Positions 60,583-64,000 of a stretch of 64,000 nucleotides of DNA are shown piece by piece. Positions within the stretch are counted from its first letter, which is position 1. Every line of letters starts with the position of its first letter. Position numbers and translations under genes: made by a program. The DNA is taken from the NCBI GenBank assembly GCA_019704295.1, contig AP024596.1, positions 1,824,001-1,888,000 on the forward strand. The letters run 5' to 3'. The notes under the pieces were generated by a model that was given only the letters and a program-made list of their open reading frames with translations, had not been told where the DNA came from and did not search any database. The DNA comes from Sulfolobales archaeon HS-7 (lineage in GTDB: Archaea; Thermoproteota; Thermoprotei_A; Sulfolobales; Sulfolobaceae).

Positions 60583-61095
60583 TCATTTCTTCCAGATTCG
60601 CTCTTCAATGTTTTTCTTCTTATTACACCAGAGCGCCATTACGAATAGTAGTGATGAAAGTCTGTTTAAGTAGGAGATTTCAAGAGAGCCGATGTGACTT
60701 TCCTTATAAAGCGAAACGATCTTTCTTTCAGCCCTTCTGCACACTGTTCTGGCTATATGTAGAGTTGATGCGGATATATCCCCTCCAGGCAGTACAAAGT
60801 TCCTTAACTGAGGAAGTTCGTCACCGTACTTTCTAATCATTCCCTCCAGTTCCTTTACTTTACTCTCGTCCAGCTCTAAGTTAAATCCGGCTATTCTAGA
60901 TGCTATAGTGAAAATGTCGGATTGGACTTTTTCTATATCATCCTTTATGGCGTTATTTGTTGAAGCGGCTAAGCCAAGGAAGGCGTTCAGTTCGTCTAGG
61001 TCACCTAACGCGTCCACTATCGCATCGTCTTTCCACACGTTACCTGCAGAAGGTACGTTCGTTTTTCCCGAATCTCCTTTACCAGTATACCACAT
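60583..61095 (-). CDS. pduO: PduO-type cob(I)alamin adenosyltransferase
   Basis: YTGKGDSG, GDLDELN, RTVCRRAER, YLNRLS. Confidence 0.93.
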   Translation of the reverse strand: MWYTGKGDSGKTNVPSAGNVWKDDAIVDALGDLDELNAFLGLAASTNNAIKDDIEKVQSDIFTIASRIAGFNLELDESKVKELEGMIRKYGDELPQLRNFVLPGGDISASTLHIARTVCRRAERKIVSLYKESHIGSLEISYLNRLSSLLFVMALWCNKKKNIEERIWKK

Positions 61096-61096
61096 A

Positions 61097-61966
61097 TTAC
61101 GCGCCTATTTCATATGCTTTTTTTACTAAGGCTAGATCCTGAGTAGCTATTCCCACTGATTTAAAGAGGGAGGGTCTTTCAACCCCATTTCTAAGTTTGC
61201 CAATTTCCGCAACATTTCTTATAAGTCCTTTGCTTAAGCCGTAAATGTAATCCCCCGACTCCTTACTTACCGCATCAACGGCGTCTACAACGAACGTCTT
61301 CACCTTTAATAAGGCGTCGTCGTCTATTTCTCGCGCGTCCGGTGTGTGAGCTCCTATGCTAACCGCATGAAAGTCGTCCTTCAGATATTTGCCTAAGATC
61401 ACTGGTGATTTCGTCGACGTCAGTGAGAGTATAACCTGCGAGCTACTAAGGAGTTTGGGTAACTCATATCTCTCTGCACCAAACTCCCTCTCAAATTCCG
61501 GGTGTTCTCTTCTAGAAGCGTAGAATAACCTATCAACTTGTAGGTAAGAAAGTGCAAGCTTTGCATGATATTTAGCCTGGGTACCGGCCCCTATTATTCC
61601 TAAGAGGTCCACCTTCTTACCCCAACACATTTCGACTGATAAAACGCTAGCTCCTGCTGTTCTATATCCAGTGATAACATTTCCGTCAAATACCGCAATA
61701 GGCTTTCCTGAAATTGCAGAAAATAGTACTATAAGGGAATTTATTGGAGGAGTGGAGTTTTCTATTACGTTGACTATTTTTGTAATAAAGTAACTTTTAT
61801 CAAAAGCCGTCATTACTCCCCACCAGTTACCCTCTACGTATAACACCTGTCTATCAGCACTTTTTATGTCTCCCGAGGAGTACTTTGAAAAGGCTTCCTT
61901 ACTCGCCTCAACTGCAATTTCAGGTGTAATTATTGTGTGTAATTCCTCTGCAGAGAAGTACTTCAC
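61097..61966 (-). CDS. Ornithine cyclodeaminase / mu-crystallin family protein
   Basis: TGYRTAG, GAGTQA, FKSVGIATQD. Confidence 0.9.
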   Translation of the reverse strand: MKYFSAEELHTIITPEIAVEASKEAFSKYSSGDIKSADRQVLYVEGNWWGVMTAFDKSYFITKIVNVIENSTPPINSLIVLFSAISGKPIAVFDGNVITGYRTAGASVLSVEMCWGKKVDLLGIIGAGTQAKYHAKLALSYLQVDRLFYASRREHPEFEREFGAERYELPKLLSSSQVILSLTSTKSPVILGKYLKDDFHAVSIGAHTPDAREIDDDALLKVKTFVVDAVDAVSKESGDYIYGLSKGLIRNVAEIGKLRNGVERPSLFKSVGIATQDLALVKKAYEIGA

Positions 61967-62016
61967 GTATTACTGTAGACTTCAGCTTATTTTTTAAATT
62001 TTCTAATAATGGTTTG

Positions 62017-62850
62017 ATGGCCAGATATGAACTTGGAGAGTCTAGTGAAGGAATTGAACCAGTAACTGGCTTCATTAATGCGCTTAGAATGGCTGGAGCG
62101 GGTGAGGGTACGATTAGACTTTATGGAAAGAGCATTCAGTTATTTTTAAGTTACGTTAAGAAAGATCCTTGGAGTGTTACACCGAACGATGTAAATAGTT
62201 GGATCCAACACTTGTATAGTAAGGGGGAGTCGCCAGCTACTATTAAGGTATATATTATATCTGTAAGGAGATTCCTTAAGTGGCTTAACAAGGACATTAA
62301 GACCCCGATACCTCGAATAAGGAGAAAGGAAAGTGTAAGTTTAAAGGGAGAGGAAATAGAGAGATTGAAAAGGGCATGTAAGACTTTATCAGAGAAAGTT
62401 CTAATCAACCTTTTACTAGACACTGGGATAAGGTCTAGCGAACTCCTCTCTATTACTAAAAAAGATGTAGAAATAGAGAATAAGTTGATCAGGTTAAAGC
62501 GAACTAAAAGTGGAGAACCTCGTGTTGTCTTCTTTACAACGGAAACGCAGGATATTTTAAGAGCTTACATGAGCGAATTAAAGGGAGATAAGCTTTTCGA
62601 CCTAACATATTTCGGACTTTATAAGAAAATCAAGACTATAGCAAAAAGAGCAGGACTCGATGTTCGGCCTCATATTTTAAGGCATACATTCGCAACCCAA
62701 GCACTTAGGAAAAATATGCCAATAACTATACTCCAGAAAATACTGGGGCATAAAGATATCAGGACTACACAGATTTACACTCATCTAGTAACTGAGGATA
62801 TCAAGAGATATTATGAGGAAACGTTCGAGAAAGTCGGTAAAACCGTGTAG
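62017..62850 (+). CDS. xerA: Tyrosine recombinase XerA
   Basis: TGIRSSE, HILRHTFAT, LGH, TTQIYTH; housekeeping context. Confidence 0.88.
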   Translation: MARYELGESSEGIEPVTGFINALRMAGAGEGTIRLYGKSIQLFLSYVKKDPWSVTPNDVNSWIQHLYSKGESPATIKVYIISVRRFLKWLNKDIKTPIPRIRRKESVSLKGEEIERLKRACKTLSEKVLINLLLDTGIRSSELLSITKKDVEIENKLIRLKRTKSGEPRVVFFTTETQDILRAYMSELKGDKLFDLTYFGLYKKIKTIAKRAGLDVRPHILRHTFATQALRKNMPITILQKILGHKDIRTTQIYTHLVTEDIKRYYEETFEKVGKTV

Positions 62851-62858
62851 AACAACAC

Positions 62859-63371
62859 TTATTCTACTTTTCTCATTGCCTTTACTAGCCGAATGTAGTC
62901 GTAAGCGTTTTCGGTTATCCTCTTTACGTCTTTCTCGTTTGCCTTTCTTATGACTTTTGCTGGTACCCCTACAGCTATGCTGTACGGTGGAATTACGGTC
63001 CCCTCAGTTACCACGGAACCAGCCCCTATTATCGAATATTCTCCCACTCTTGAACCATTAAGTAAAATCGCCCCCATTCCGACTATTACGTAGTCCGAGA
63101 TACTTGCACCGTGAATAACTGCGTTATGCCCTACACTTACGTAATTACCCAAAATTGAAGGGAAACCCGTGTCGGTATGAATAGAACAGTGTTCCTGTAT
63201 ATTACTTCCTTTTCCTATAATTACCTTTTCGTTATCTCCCCTTATAGTAGCGTAATGCCATATGCTTGTATCATCCCCAATATTTACGTCTCCCATAATG
63301 TAAGCCGATGAGTGTATAAAGGCTGAAGGTGAGATAACGGGCTTCTTCCCCATAAATTCTTCTATTGCCAT
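62859..63371 (-). CDS. Gamma carbonic anhydrase family protein
   Basis: Hexapeptide repeats, IRGD, SNIQE, GHNAVIHG. Confidence 0.92.
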   Translation of the reverse strand: MAIEEFMGKKPVISPSAFIHSSAYIMGDVNIGDDTSIWHYATIRGDNEKVIIGKGSNIQEHCSIHTDTGFPSILGNYVSVGHNAVIHGASISDYVIVGMGAILLNGSRVGEYSIIGAGSVVTEGTVIPPYSIAVGVPAKVIRKANEKDVKRITENAYDYIRLVKAMRKVE

Positions 63372-63387
63372 AACACTTTTCTCTTAT

Positions 63388-64000
63388 CTAAGCCTTTAGT
63401 ATTTTCGCCCCATTGTTATTGGGTTCCGTTATGAATCCACCAAATCGTGAAACCAGCTCCTCGCCCTCTTTTCTGCTCTGAACGAAAGTATATATGCAAG
63501 GTCCAAATGACGATATTCCTGGATGAAACCCTTTTTTCTCCATAAGTCTCATTAGCTCCTTAACCTTCTCGCTCTGCATTTCAACTTCAATCCGCTTAAA
63601 GCCTAACCTTTGTATGAGGGATATCGCATCCAATACGTCGCTCAAATCCCTCTCGATTACTGCTGGCAGTAGTTTTAAGAAAATTACTCTACTTAAGTCT
63701 CCTATTCCAGAAACTTCTCTCTTAAAGGCTTGTAATTCCTCCTTGCCGAATACCCTCTTCCCTTCTGGTATATTAAGGTAAATTTTCCATGGGAAATTTA
63801 GCCTGATCAAAAGAGGAGGTGGTGGAGCGGGAGAAAAATCGGAAGGCAATGGCTTAGGCTTAACCTTTGTAGAATGTCCCCCATCAACTATTAGTCCCCC
63901 ATGAATGAAAGCGTATATCCCTACTCCAGACGTTCCTCCTCGACCAGATAACTTTATGATCTTCTCACTTTTGAAGTACTCTCCACGTTTAGCTAAGTAA
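63388..64000 (-). CDS. Beta-ribofuranosylaminobenzene 5'-phosphate synthase family (GHMP), 5' end outside window
   Basis: Frame extends upstream of 63849 through GRGGTSGVG and GGLIVDGGH; GISSFGP. Confidence 0.85.
   Translation of the reverse strand, partial: YLAKRGEYFKSEKIIKLSGRGGTSGVGIYAFIHGGLIVDGGHSTKVKPKPLPSDFSPAPPPPLLIRLNFPWKIYLNIPEGKRVFGKEELQAFKREVSGIGDLSRVIFLKLLPAVIERDLSDVLDAISLIQRLGFKRIEVEMQSEKVKELMRLMEKKGFHPGISSFGPCIYTFVQSRKEGEELVSRFGGFITEPNNNGAKILKA

Noticed and set aside
62017-62850. Tyrosine recombinase as the integrase of a mobile element; nearby dif site
   Set aside because: Flanked by housekeeping genes with no att repeats; fits chromosomal XerA. No convincing dif palindrome seen

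Overview
Core-genome segment of an AT-rich Sulfolobales (Thermoproteota) chromosome. It holds information-processing genes (tbp, alba1/alba2, DNA ligase, reverse gyrase, Lhr-like helicase, topoisomerase VI, RtcB, deoxyhypusine synthase and aIF5A, SRP54, aIF1A, Rio1, aRF1, aIF2-beta, RNase HII, Rqc2, XerA), a 16S-23S rRNA operon on the minus strand with no spacer tRNA or linked 5S, three tRNAs (two intron-containing Lys, one Leu) and several box C/D sRNA candidates. The most notable observation is the 5' end of the release factor aRF1 gene. The gene has no in-frame ATG there. Instead it reads ATG-AGT-CTT-TGA, and a +1 shift at CTT-TGA enters the aRF1 frame. This is the same shift site as the autoregulatory frameshift of bacterial prfB (RF2) and suggests, as an inference still to be tested, release-factor autoregulation by recoding in an archaeon. 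Intergenic DNA carries several families of degenerate repeats: a ~120-bp element with terminal inverted repeats (7 or more copies), two copies of a ~310-bp IS200/IS605-like non-autonomous element, and two further shared segments. thrC is frameshifted and looks decayed. The Pus10-like and DRG-like proteins lack their catalytic motifs.
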